Positions 14,601 to 26,991 of a DNA stretch of 56,237 nt are shown here, one piece after another. How positions within the stretch are numbered: the first letter of the stretch is position 1; each line of letters opens with the position of its first letter. The stretch is from Bilabrum cf. latius (Eukaryota). The notes beneath the pieces were generated by a model. The model searched no databases, had not been told where the DNA came from, and saw only the letters and a program-made list of their open reading frames with translations. Where the stretch lies: NCBI GenBank assembly GCA_965178125.1, contig OZ237737.1:1674001-1730237 (forward strand), written 5' to 3'. The translations under genes were made by a program, and so were the position numbers.

Positions 14601-14612
14601 GGCGCGCTGCAT
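11601..14612 (-). CDS. AMDHD2: N-acetylglucosamine-6-phosphate deacetylase (NagA/AMDHD2 family); exons 14612-14467, 14309-14288, 13979-11601
   Basis: Motifs IRFTNCRV...DLWIQ|AGYVLDA|QRRFW, PGFIDVQHNG, HLEGPFL, TLAPE, GHS, THLFNAM, IVDGVH, LITDAM, LAGAIVTMD, GARADIV. GT-AG introns at 14466-14310 and 14287-13980. One in-frame TAG at 12249-12251 precedes essential C-terminal motifs. Ends TGA. Confidence 0.92.
14004..14040. repeat. GA/GATA-rich microsatellite in NagA intron 2
   Basis: cagagagagagaaagagatagatagatcaagagagat (pyrimidine-rich on the coding strand). Confidence 0.6.
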
Positions 14613-15064
14613 GACGCCATCCAAGACCTAGTGCAGCTCGCTAAGTTTGATCCGGTAAGGCTAGGTCCTTGGCTTCTTGGCAACTGGCTACTCGAGGGCG
14701 CTCTGGCCGAACCCCCACCATCGCCGCTTCATATCCAGGCTGGGGGGAAAGGGTTTGCGGCGGATCATCCCCGTCGGCAGCCAGCGTCCGATTCCGAGTT
14801 TGGTTTGCGAGCCGCCGGGGGGGGGGCAGGCACAGCAGGCACCACTGGCAACCATTAACCCTGCAAGTGGTGGTGGTGCCGCGCGCAACAAAATGCGACC
14901 CGCACTGATTGCTCACCGAACAGCGTTGCGGTGCAGGCAGCCCTGCGGCCAGCCCATGCGCGCCGCAGCACCCCACTTCCACCAACATGATGCCGCAGAT
15001 GGTTAGTTGCTCACCAGCTCGCCGGCTGTGACTCCAAGGCCTGGTTCAAGCTGTTGCCAAAAGG

Positions 15065-17576
15065 TCACGTCCCGCGCTCCCACGAGTGCCGGAAGGAGGA
15101 CTCGAGCAGGCCGTCGCCACTGCCCTCCTAGCTCAGACCTGTGCCCGCGCCCGCCCCCCTGCCAGTATCGAAGCCCCTCTGGTGTCCGTCCGACGGCTAA
15201 TAGTGCCTGCCACTGGCAGTGTACCCCCGCCCGGCCCAGGCACCTCCAGCCCCTCTCGCGGCGGCGTCCGGCTGGCCACGGTATCCTTCCAGCCCCCCGC
15301 CCTCCTCGTCCTCCTCCTCGTCCTCCACCTCGCCGTCGGGGCCACTGTCCCCGCTCTGCAAGGAGGAAGGCCACCGGTCCTGGCTACCGGCACAGGCCTC
15401 GTTTCCGCCCTACGCCGCAGCCACAAGCCCGCCCCTGCCCCCTCTTCCACCTGGTTCCTCAGGGTACGCATCGTCGTCCTCTGAGTATTCACCCCGGTCC
15501 ATCCCACCGTCACCGTCACCCTGTTCATCAGCATCACCACCCCCGTCGCCGTCTAGGGCAGCGCTCAGCCGCTGCACCTCGGCCCACATGACCCGCATGG
15601 CTTCATCCCGCCGCGCCAGGGCATCCTCCAGGGAACACACGCGGGCCTCCAGATCCCGGTTCTCCTGCTCCAGTCGGGCGCACCGCAGTGCGGTGATCCC
15701 TCGCGCGCTGGCCACCGCACCCGCCCGCTGCACCAGAGACAGCCGCCCTCCCTCGCCCTCGGCAGCCCCGACCTCGGTGCCCCTGTCTCGGTGCAGCCCT
15801 CCCGCGCACACACCCCGCCAACCCCGGCGTGCCAACCGCCCCCTCACCGCCGCTTGCACGGGCACCGCCCGCGCCGAGAACGCCAGCAGCCGGCCCAGCG
15901 CCCTCCTGGCGCGCACCCCCCTCCACAGGGCCTGCAGGCGCACCGCCGCGTCCAGCCGTGCCAGGGCGCGGGACCCCGCGGGGGGAAGCCGGCGCCTGCC
16001 TCTATCCACGCGCAGAGGCCACCACTGCAGGTCCGACATCAGCGGGAAGGGGCGGGGAAAGGAGGCAGCCCTCCCCCTCCCCCTCCCCGCCCTTGTCCCT
16101 GTCCTCGTCCCCGTCCCCGTCGACCACCCCCGCGCAGCAATGCCCCGCGGGCCGGACGTTTCGACTGCTGCTCGCAGCTGCGCCACCTTCTCGCCGGCTT
16201 TGGCCTCGTTTGCAGCGCGTCTCACAGAATCCCCCGCCCGCCACCACCGCTGCAGCCTAAGCGCCGCCTTATCTCTCGCCCTCGCCTCCCGCTGTACCCA
16301 CACGCGCACGAACGGCCGCAGCTCCTCCACCCGCCGGAGGGCACGATCTGCCCGCCTGGCCGCACGCTCCGCGGAAGCCGGCAGTTCGTGTGCCTGCCCG
16401 TCTGCAGCGGGTTCACCCGAGCGGGCGGGTCTTTCTAGCGGTGGCCCCTGCCCCGCGGCGAACTGGCCGTGCGCTGCAGCGCTCCCATTCTCTTCCTCGC
16501 TCCAGCCTGTTGGAGGTGCACCCGCACCCGCACCCGCACCCGCTCGCGGCAGGTGGGGCGGTTGCGGGCCTCTGGGCCTGCGACTTGCTTCCCTTGCACC
16601 GGCGCCCGATCCTCCTTCCGCTACCGCTGCCCCGCTGGCACTTGCACTTGCACCACTGGTGGCGCTGCCCCCCGGTTTCGAGGAGGGACACACGCGAAGC
16701 AGGTACGCGGTGAGCGCGGCGGAGTCGTCCCCGTCGAGGAGTTCCAACAGCTCTGGGTCCTGCGCGCGGGGGTCGAGAGGGAATCAAGATGGGGCGCATG
16801 GAGCTCTGGGTGGTGGGTGTGAGAGGAGAGGGGGGTGCAGGTGACGGAGCAGACACCGGGACACTGTGGGACACCGTGCTCACGATCCGTTCCGAGCTGT
16901 CTGCCCCGGCTGAAGAGGCACCATTGCCCAAATCAATGCCAGCAGCCTCAGCATCATCCGCGCAGAAGACCATCCGCGCTTCTTCCTGGTCCCGGGACGT
17001 CACAGGACGGCCGTTCAATGTTGCGAGACCGGGGAGCAGGAACACGAAGAAGCAGTCCAGGTCCCGTCCTTCGGCTGCAAACTGGCGCATGATCGGGTTA
17101 CCACGGATGTCCAGAGATTCCAGTGATTGGCATCCTGCCAGCCCAACAAGCTCGATCGCCAGCGCAATGTCATTGTCCGTGAGGTCCAGGGCTCGTAGCT
17201 TTGGGGCGCAGGCGCCAAATCGTGGGAGCACGGCAACACGGTTGTCTGCCACGGTCAGTATGCGAAGCTCTGGCCAGTCGAAGTCTGACATTCCTTCGAG
17301 CCCATCCACTCGGTTGCCGTCGACGTGGATGGATGCGACTCGCGCAGCGATTCCGGTGGCATCCAAGGACTCCCATGGAAGATCTTCCCAACGGCCGGGT
17401 GGTAATTCTATCGAACACAGCGATTGGCGGTCATCATGCTCGCCAGCTCCTTCAAAGGTTTCATCCGCAAGCCTCTGAAGAGTCTATGCGCAGCGGCTAT
17501 CGGTAGCGCTTGACAGTCCGATTCGAGTTAAATCGAAAACTATGGGGGCTCCTCCCAATGAATGCTAGCTGCTCAT
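15065..17576 (-). CDS. CEP97: CEP97-like LRR + IQ + coiled-coil centriolar protein; intron 16883-16760
   Basis: LRRs (LRILTVADNRV, LRALDLTDNDI, LESLDIRGNP), LRR cap (LPGLATLNGRPVT), LTAYLLRVCP, IQ motifs (AALRLQRWWR, AAVRLQALWRG, VQAAVRG) and EAMRVMWAEV. Five in-frame TAGs. Ends TGA 15065-15067. Confidence 0.72.
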
Positions 17577-17828
17577 TTGGGACACAGAAGTCTGGTGGGA
17601 CTGCAATTGCTCGAGAAACCCGAAGTAAGTCGGCGCCTCGGCAACGGCAAGCACGCGAACAGGCAGGTATGTGACGAGTGCCGTTGACGACGGTTCACGA
17701 GGCCTTTTCAGGTCCTGACTGGCTCCGCCAACGCGGGTACAGCTGGGTCCCCTGTTAAGGTGCGCGTTACTTTGGTGGCAGTCCTCGGATTGTCTCTGGT
17801 ATTGAATTGCGTGCGAAAACTCTATTTT

Positions 17829-17849
17829 CTCTCTCTCTCTCTCTCTCTC
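17829..17849. repeat. (CT)n microsatellite
   Basis: Intergenic run of about 10 CT units. Confidence 0.85.
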
Positions 17850-18085
17850 ACGATGACACGATGATTCGAAGCTGCAAGTTGCAAGCAAGCGAAGAGGCAC
17901 ATCCCTCGTGCCCCCTTGCAATGGAACACCGTGGCTCGCTGCAGCAACGAGCCTGCCTGCCTGCCTCGCACCGGCGACCTCATGACGGGGTGCTCCCCAC
18001 TGCACGGCATCTCCTTGCCATCGGCGATCGGCGGGTTCCCGGGTGGCGCCTGCCAGTGAAACCCACTCTAATTTCTCTCTGTATC

Positions 18086-21000
18086 TCAGAACCCACCACC
18101 AAACCCGCTACCCCCGAAACCCCCGCCGCCCCCCCTACCACTGCCGCTGCCAAACCCTCGTCCGCCGAGGCCAAGCCCCTGAGGCTTCTTGCCGAAACCC
18201 TACCCGCCCGCCCCGCTGCCGAAACCCCGGCCCCCGTTCTAGAATGCACCACCGAATCCACCAGATGAAGCTGTACCAGACCCAAACGTAGATCCTCCAG
18301 CAAGACCCGGCTGCTATCTGCCAGACGACGCCCCCGCTCCCTGCCCCACGGCTCCGCTGCCGCCCTGCTGCCACGACGGCACGCTCCCAGACGACGCCCC
18401 CGCTCCCTGCCCCACGGCGCCGCTGCCGCCCTGCTGCCACGACGGCACGCTCCCAGACGACGCCCCCGCTCCCTGCCCCACGGCGCCGCTGCCGCCCTGC
18501 TGCCACGACGGCACGCTCCCAGACGACGCCCCCGCACCCTGCCCCACGGCGCCGCTGCCGCCCTGCTGCCACGACGGCACGCTCCCAGACGACGCCCCCG
18601 CCCCCTGCCCCACGGCGCCGCTGCCGCCCTGCTGCCACGACGGCACGCTCCCAGACGACGCCCCCGCTCCCTGCCCCACGGCGCCGCTGCCGCCCTGCTG
18701 CCACGACGGCACGCTCCCAGACGACGCCCCCGCTCCCTGCCCCACGGCGCCGCTGCCGCCCTGCTGCCACGACGGCACGCTCCCAGACGACGCCCCCGCC
18801 CCCTGCCCCACGGCGCCGCTGCCGCCCTGCTGCCACGACGGCACGCTCCCAGACGACGCCCCCGCTCCCTGCCCCACGGCGCCGCTGCCGCCCTGCTGCC
18901 ACGACGGCACGCTCCCAGACGACGCCCCCGCCCCCTGCCCCACGGCGCCGCTGCCGCCCTGCTGCCACGACGGCACGCTCCCAGACGACGCCCCCGCCCC
19001 CTGCCCCACGGCGCCGCTGCCGCCCTGCTGCCACGACGGCACACTCCCAGACGACGCCCCCGCTCCCTGCCCCACGGCGCCGCTGCCGCCCTGCTGCCAC
19101 GACGGCACGCTCCCAGACGACGCCCCCGCACCCTGCCCCACGGCGCCGCTGCCGCCCTGCTGCCACGACGGCACGCTCCCAGACGACGCCCCCGCACCCT
19201 GCCCCACGGCGCCGCTGCCGCCCTGCTGCCACGACGGCACGCTCCCAGACGACGCCCCCGCTCCCTGCCCCACGGCGCCGCTGCCGCCCTGCTGCCACGA
19301 CGGCACGCTCCCAGACGACGCCCCCGCACCCTGCCCCACGGCGCCGCTGCCGCCCTGCTGCCACGACGGCACGCTCCCAGACGACGCCCCCGCACCCTGC
19401 CCCACGGCGCCGCTGCCGCCCTGCTGCCACGACGGCAAACTCCCAGACGACGCCCCCGCACCCTGCCCCACGGCACCGCTGGGGCCCTATCCAGGGTGTT
19501 TAGGTGGAAGATTCCCTCGAGCTCCACCAGTTTGTGGAGACTGGGCCCCCCCCAAAGAGTCAATGCCTGCAGACAGCCAGTCTGGCAGTGCGCCCGGCGC
19601 CTTGATTCCTGCGGATCCTGCAACAGCACCAGCGCCGGTGCTAATCGGGCCAGTTGGGGCTGGAGCCGGCAATTGACGAGCTCCACTGCTCTACTTCTGC
19701 TGGACTTCGGCACTATGCTGATTGCCGAAGAGTCCGCTGGATGCTCCAAACAACCCGCTCGAGGGCTAGGGCTGTGCTCTCCCCGTTGCCGCCCCTCCCT
19801 GGCGAGTCGGCTGCTGGATCTGTCCCGCTGCCTGCAGGCCTGGTTGGTGCTGGGCCATCGAGGACGATTGGCCGGCTTGCACGCCCAGGCCCAGACCGGG
19901 CTAGGAGCCCTGCTCCCGAGCCGGTGCCTGCGTGCCTGCAGCAGCCGAGCTGTCTCTGGGCTGCGGCTCCGCCGGGGTCTCCTCCCCACGCAGCCAGGCC
20001 GGGACCTACGATGGTGCGGGAGCTGGGGCCTGCGCTCCTGAGGCCGATGGATGTGCCTCGGGGGCGGGAGCCGGAGCATCTTTCTGAGATGCTTCTGCTT
20101 CTGTCTTCTTGGGCTGCACGTCGAACATGCTGCTCTTGGATGCCTTGCTGCCCAGCCCGAGCCCTAGCCCGAGACCCATACCCTTGGGCCGAGCGAACGC
20201 ACCGGAGGCAGGCGCCGTAACAGGGGCGGGAGCGGGTGCGGGTGCGGGTTCCTCAGCGGCACTAGCCGGGTCATCTGCCTGCTGCTAGGCCAATTTGCCG
20301 CCAGTGGCCTCATGCGATGAGCTTGAGGAATCCTGAGCAAGACTCTGCTGCTGACCTTTCGGCTATCTCGGCGTGTCTTCTTCTTCCACCTCGAAGTCTT
20401 CGTCGTCATAGCCGTCCGCTGTTTCCTCGGCCCTGGCAGGGGTGCGCAGAGGCGAATCCCCGTGCTCTCGCGCCGTACCACCGTCTGTGCCCTGACGCTA
20501 GGAGCCCCCCTTCTGCCTCTCTGGTGACGCGCCATCTGCGACGGAACTGGCACCAGGGGACGGGTGCGCCGCTGGGGCCACCAACTGCGAGCTGTCGACT
20601 GCCGCTGGTTTCTAGCTGCCCCTAGCACTGGCCCAGGTCTCATCCAGGCCGCGCTTGGGGGCCAACTGCGAGGGGGAGCCGCCTGCCAGAGCCGCTGCAT
20701 CCTGATCCGCTTGGCTCTCCTCGGGCTCGCCGGGAGCAGTCGCTTTCGAGGAAATTGCATCTGATTGCAACCCCTTTCCCTTCTCCTTCCCTTTCCCTTT
20801 CCCTGTCTCCTAACCAGTCCCTTCGTCCTGCCCCTAGCCCAGCTTGTGCCTCAGCGCCTCGAGCTCTCTGGCCTGCTGGCCCAGCTTCTCCTCCTTCTCC
20901 TCCATGCTTCTGCGCTGCGACTCGAGCTCCCTCCTCACTTCCTGCAAGTCCCTCATGGCACCTCGCAGCAGCCTCTCCTTCTCGCGCCGCGCCTCACGTT

Positions 21001-23710
21001 CCCGCGCCTCGCCCCCGACGCTCCGGCCCGCGTCAGTTCCCCCCACCCCGCCGCCCCCTGCCTGCATGGCGGCCTGCACCCGCCTGCTCTCCTGCTCGGC
21101 CCTGTGCTCTGCCTCTGCGCGGGCCTCGTCTGTCTTGACCACCAGCCTCTGCGCCCGCGCTGCCTTCTGCTCCAGCGCTGCCACCTTCTCGAGCAGCCCC
21201 GCCCGCTCCTGCTGCCACTTGCGCTCCCGCACCGCTCTCGCGCGGTCCTGGCCCGCCTTGCTCTTGCTGGAGCTGCGACTGCCCCTCGATAGCCTGCCCC
21301 CTGCTACCGTGGATCCGCCCCCCAAGATCTCGCCAGCGGCTCCGCGGAGCCTACTGGACGATCGCACGCCGGTCTTGCCGCGCCTACCGCCCAGCGGACT
21401 GCCACGCGCCGCGTGATCCCCAGCGCCGCCGGTTCTCAGTTTCTGCTTGAGCGACCTGTTCCTGTGCTCCAGTTTGACCACCTGCTCGTGCAGCCGCTCC
21501 GAGGAGATTTGGTGCCGGGCAGCCTCGTCTTTGGCCAGCCGCAGCTTGTCTCGCAGCAGTCGCACGTCAGCCTCGAGCGACTTGCACTTTTTCTCAAGGG
21601 TCCGCTGGGCCTGCTCCTCTGCCTCGGGGCGGCGCTAGAGCATCCTCTGCACGTGGAGCAGCTCCCTGTTCTGCTCCTCCAGCTGCTCGATCCGCGCCCC
21701 CCTGGCCCTGAGCTTGCTCTCCATGTCTCCCAGGTTCTCGTCCAGCAGCATCGCGCGGGTCTTCTGCCGGACCGCCTGCAGCTTGCCCCGCAGCAGCTCC
21801 ACCTTGCCCTTGAGAGCGCGGCCCGCCTTGTCTCTCGCCTGCAGCATGGCCACCAGCCTCCTCTTTTCATCGGCCCAGCCGCGCCGCTCCTTCTCCAGCC
21901 GAGACCGCAGCTCGACGGCCTGCTGCTCGTCTCCTCCTGTTGACCGACCCACGCTCCCCGACCTGCCCTCCAGCACCGGCCGGAGCCCGCCAGCGGCTCG
22001 CGAGTGCCCTTTCGGCGGCCGTCGCTTGCTGTTGGACGCAGAGCGACCTACGCTGCGCATCCGCCTGCCGCCGGGCCCTTCCTTGGCCTTGCCCCTCGTC
22101 CTGCTCACGCTGCGCTTGGTGCCCGTCCTGCCACGCCTGCCGCCCCGCCCCGCAACTCCGCCATGTACCGAGTCTGCAGCAGGCCTCAGCTTTGCCGCTC
22201 TAGCTCTTGGCCCTCGCTTGCGGCCCGGAGAGGGCAGGTGCGGCTGGCGCATCCCCTTCCGCGGGGGGTCCTCGACCTCGATATCGCTGGGGGCCAGGGC
22301 CTCCTCGGGCGCGGGCGCGGGCGGGGACGGAGCCGAGGATGGGGCCGGGGCCTGCTGCAGGGACTTGTCCAGCGCCCGGCTGAATTGCTGCAGCTACTTG
22401 CGCAAGACGTCGTTTGCATGCTTCAGTTTCTCCACCTCCTCATCTCCCCCCACGGACTGTGCCCCCGAGGCCGAGGCACTGCCTGCTGCTGGACCGCCCC
22501 CCGTCGCCCGCTTGGCACCCTGCATCGGGGAGTGCGTCGGTCGGTCGCTGCCCTTCCTCCCCACAGTAGAGCCGCCCCTGGACCCAGATCCTGCTCCCAC
22601 CTGGGGCGTGTGCCCATCGCTACCTCCGGCACCAGGGAGCGCAGGCACAGCCACCGCCACCGATGGCGGCATGGAGCCTGCAGTGAGTAGCGGAGAAGGG
22701 GGCTCCGTGGGCTCGGATGCACCGGCCTGCTTGCCGCCCCGCTGCTATCTGCGCGAGCCGCGGTGCGCACCATCCCCCGTGCCGCTGTGCCCCGAGGCCC
22801 CCCCGCTCGCACGGGGGACAGTCACGGGGCTGCTGCGCACCTCCCCTCCCCTGCCGGGGGAAACCTGCCTACCATCGTCCAACTGCCCCCAAGCTCCCTC
22901 CTCGTCTGATAGAGGGTAGGTATCCCCCGCCCGCCCCACCGACGGGGCACCGGCATCGGACACACTGCTGGTGCCGCCGTGACCAGTCGACCTGGCTGCA
23001 AGTCCGGCGGCCGCTCGGCGTCTCTCCAGCTCAGCCGCCTTCTGGGCAGTGTCATGCCTGCGTCGAGCAGCCGCAGCATCCTATTCTTCTTGAGCCCTCC
23101 TTTGCTCCTCCAGCGCAGACCTAAGCTGGCTGGCGTCACCGTCGTCCGCCTCCCCATCATCTCCGCGCCGGACATGCACCCTCCCGTGCCTTCTGGTGAA
23201 GTGCTCGCCCTGCCTTTCGCTCTCTAACTATGCTGTCGATGCGTCTGCTCCATCTCGCGCGGATTGGTTCCCGCCCGCTCCCTCCGGCGCATCGCCACGA
23301 GCCTTGCCGCCGCCGGTGCCCGCGGGTTCTATCGCTCCGGCATGACTGCCACTGCTTGCGGCCGAGGCACTATCACCATCAACATCATTATCGTCGTCCT
23401 CGTCGTCAAAATCTTCTGAAGAGTATTCCGATTCAACATCGCTGTCGGAACCGGAATCGCTCAACTGGTTGCCAGCGTTTGGTGCAGATTGGAAACCGTT
23501 CTTGCTTTTTCGCTTGTCGTGGCCTGTAAGAGGAGACGTTTCTATCGTGCGTGGGTCTTCTGCCTGTAGTGAAGGACGAGACGCAGGGCCACCAGAGACG
23601 GCTGCGCCAGCGTCAGCGCCGCCCTTCGACTAGTCTTTCGTTTCTCCTTCGCCATCCAGAGAATCATCCGACAAGTCGCCGCCAAATGCATCATCCATCC
23701 AATCGTCCAT
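18086..23710 (-). CDS. Large (~1874 aa) intronless coiled-coil protein (weakly lebercilin-like) with a 22-aa Trp-containing repeat and FG/RG-rich tail
   Basis: One frame from ATG 23710 (MDDWMDDAFGG) to TGA 18086-18088 with about 20 TAG and no TAA/TGA. It joins track ORFs 23228-23464, 22745-22963, 22394-22672, 21635-22252, 20834-21565, 19487-19672 and 18314-19471. Confidence 0.8.
18321..19476 (-). repeat. 66-bp coding minisatellite, ~17.5 copies (GQGAGASSGSVPSWQQGGSGAV)
   Basis: Period of exactly 66 bp (ccagacgacg at 18321, 18387 ... 19443). Internal variants GGA/GGT/GGG and AGC/AGT are synonymous in this frame. Confidence 0.97.
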
Positions 23711-23903
23711 TGGATTGGATTTGTTTTCAAATTCGAGTATTGCCTGGTATTGGTCGGAAGCCTAGATTTGTACTTGCTGCAACGGTTGGATTTTTCGAAA
23801 ATATTTACTTGCCCAACCCAAAAGCACACGTAACCATGAGGAAAGGCAAGCACTTGTCGTTCAGAACCCCAGCAGCGCTTGCCCAATCAATAACCGTGCG
23901 TGG

Positions 23904-25760
23904 TCATTGCGATCCGCTTGCAACAGTCCGGACGAGTTTCAGCACGGCAGCGCGCACGACGGCAGCAGCCTTGCTTGTCTGCTCAACAGCTGCCCCGGCT
24001 TGCGGAGCCCCCGGGGAGCCGCCGGGCGCTTGCTGCAGAATGGTGCGGGCCTTCTTCATGTCTCTCTCCAGCTCTAAAGCCGCATCCTCGGGTACCTTGC
24101 CCCCGCTACCCCCCACGCCTCGGCCTCGCTTGGACCCCAGTGTCGCTGTGTCGCCGCCCCCACTCCCGCTGCTCGCGCCCCCCTCCATAGCCACAGAGGC
24201 AGGCGCGGGATCCCCCGAGCCCGCCCCCGAGGAAGGGGAAGAGGCCTGCTGCAGCAGCAGCTCGCGGCCCCTCTTGGCCAGCCCCTCCAGCTCAGCAGCC
24301 CTGCGCCGGGCCGCCGCGACGACTTCGTCTGGGAAGCAGGCCATGCGCGCCACGTGGATGCCGAAGGAGGACGGGCACGAGCCGGGCCTCACCTGGTACA
24401 GGAACGTGAGCTGCCCGGGCAGCCGATCACCAGCACCGCCTGCACGGTTTTTTGCCCCACTCCCCTCCTCATCCTCATCCTCGTCCTCGTCCTCCTCTTC
24501 TTGCGCCGCGACATGCCTGTTCACCACACCGGGGCACTCGTCCTCCAGCGCCGCCAGCTCGTGGAAGTGGGTCGCGAACAGAGTGCAGCACCGCACCTCC
24601 TTGGCCAGGTGCTCGGCGATCGCCCACCCCAGCCCGAACCCGTCGTACGTGCTCGTGCCCCTGCCGAGCTCGTCCACGATCACGAGCGACCGAGGGGTCG
24701 CAGCCTCGAGGATGGCGGCTGCCTCAAGCATCTCGGCCATGAACGTCGACACGCCGCGCACCTGGGCGTCACCAGCCCCCAGTCGACAGAGCACACGGTC
24801 GAAGACAGGCAGCTCGGCCTCCTCTGCAGGCACCCAGGCCCCCACCTGGGCCATCACTGCCATGGCCCCCAGCTGTCTGATGTACGTGCTCTTGCCGCCC
24901 ATGTTGGGCCCTGTGATCACCTCCAGCCACCCCTGCTGGCTTGCAGGGGTGCTAGCTGCAGACGAAATCGCTGCTGTATCCTTGCCGGCACTTCTCTCGA
25001 CCGTTTCCCCGCCAGGGCCTGGCAGTCGCATGTGGTGGTCGTTCGGGATGAAGTCCACGCCGTCCTGCCACTCCACCACCGGGTGTCGAGCCTGCTTCAG
25101 CCACACCCGGCGGCCCCCCTCCACCAACTTGGGCCGGCAGACCGAGCCACGAGCGGAGCGGGCCATGTGGGCGAGGGAACGCAGGGCATCGAGCTCAGCC
25201 ACAGCCTCCGCAGCGGCCTCCAGCACTGGGGCATACGAGCGGGCCACGTCCACCACAGCCGACACCACCCCGCGCTGGGCCTCGTCGTACTCCTCCTCCG
25301 CGTCCAGCAGCTCCCGCGCGAGGCTCTGCAGTCCTCCCGAGCCCCCCGTGGTGAAGTGCACCCCGTCCTTGAGCACGCCCAGCACGCGGACCCTCGGCTG
25401 CGCGCGGACGGCCTTATCGTGCCGACGGGCAGCGCGCAAGACAAACCCATGCTGCTTGTCGGCGTGCAGCTTCACGTCCAACGCGGCGCCCCAGGAGCCA
25501 CGGACGTCTTCGAACAGCTCGTCCACCGCCCCCCTGGCCCGCTCCAGCCGCTCTGCCAGCTCGGCCAGCTCGGGCTTGTACGAGGCCGACACCCGCGGCT
25601 CAGGGGCGGCCGGGTCCTCCACGACGAGATCTACCATCTTCTCCAGCGGCTGCAGCTGCTCTGCCGCCCACTGGATGCGGCCGCTGATCCGCTCCAGCAG
25701 CGGCGTGCTGGCCGCTCGACTGGCGTCCTGCTCTGCACCGGAAGCACCAGCGGCGGATGC

Positions 25761-25796
<36 letters not shown>

Positions 25797-26947
25797 CGAG
25801 GACGAGGACGACGCCCCGGAGGCAGCAGCCGCTGACCCATCACCGGCAGCTTTTACAGAGGCAGCGAGCGTAGGCATCTGGCCCGCAGCGTGGTACAGCT
25901 TGCATACGTCCAGCAGCCCAGCGGCCTTCCTCTGCACCCGCCGGTTGAGCGAGTCCAGGTCAGCGGTGGCCAGCTGCGCGCCGAGGTCATCGAAGCTGCC
26001 TGCGTCCTGCTGGAGCGATTCGACCGCGTCCTGCCGCAGATTGATGGCCCTTGGATCCACCAGCGGCTGCAGGACCCACCTGCGCATCAGCTTGCGGCCA
26101 GCCGCCGAGGCGCACCCGTGGCCCAGAATGCCAGCCAGGGAGGAGAGCGGCCCGCCCCCTGAGGGGCCCTGGGGGGGCAGCAGGTTTAGAGCGACGACAG
26201 CCGCCCTATCCAGCTGCATGTGCAGCCCCAGCTTGCCTTCTTCTAGCGCGAACCGGGGGCCGTCGCCGTGGGCGGCGTGGGCCAGCCCTTTGGAGGCGGT
26301 GTCCTCCGAGCCTGCTTCAGGGAGCTCGTCGTCGTCGTCGTGTCCATCCAGCTCGTACGTGCCTATCAGTGAAGCCAGCGAGTCCTTTGCTAGCGCATCG
26401 CGCAGCACCACCTCTACCTGCGGCAGCGCCTCGGCACCGCACAGCTCCTTCAGCTTGGACTCTACGTCGACCTTCTTTGCAAGCTTTGATTGGAAGCTTC
26501 GGACGGAAGCACCGCTGCCTTCGATAATTTCACTCATTTTTTTCATGTCAACTGCGCCACGAAGGGCTCGAAGTATGATTGCGGAGAAACGGAGAGGTCG
26601 CCCATAGCTTGATGCAAACGCTCGAGGTGATCGATACGACACTTTCTCTTACCTTTGGTGAGGCTACGTGGCTAAATGACTACTTCTGTGGGCTATGTTT
26701 TTGTCATAACGGCTTCGATTGAAGCGAAATGGTCTCCATCCAGAAAAGAATACACGACGATCTTGGAGTGCTTCGAGTCCTCAAGACTTTGCCGCGCCCG
26801 TCTTGAGACAACAGCCACTGCGACGCGCCTGGAGCCGCCATCTCGGGATGTTGATATGGCACAAAACGTACTCGACCCTGATTCCATTGTACTGCACGGC
26901 TGGACGCACTTGTTTGGTCCACCGAATTTGAAATCTGCCGAATCCAT
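23904..26947 (-). CDS. MSH2: DNA mismatch repair protein MSH2, apparently lacking N-terminal domain I; intron 26652-26552
   Basis: FLDGDHFASIEA, HMQLDRAAVVALNL, GRKLMRRWVLQPL, RQDAVE, ARHPVVE, FIPNDH, ITGPNMGGKSTYIRQ, GDAQVRGVSTFMAEMLE, DELGRGTSTYDGFGL, FATHFHEL, SFGIHVA. A GTAAG...GCAG intron restores the frame. Two TAG in exon 1 (26693, 26672). Ends TGA. Confidence 0.9.
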
Positions 26948-26991
26948 CCGAACGTTCGTTGACTCCAAATCGTCGTCATCTTCAAAAACAC

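Noticed and set aside
17980-20079. Arg-rich alternative frames of the 66-bp repeat
   Set aside because: Repeat variants are non-synonymous in these frames but silent in the GQGAGASS frame.
23551-26607. 1018-aa + strand ORF and other long antisense ORFs (1848-3461, 11895-14024, 27908-29968, 38905-40659)
   Set aside because: Shadow ORFs of GC-rich genes on the opposite strand; Ser/Ala/Pro-rich with no recognisable domains.
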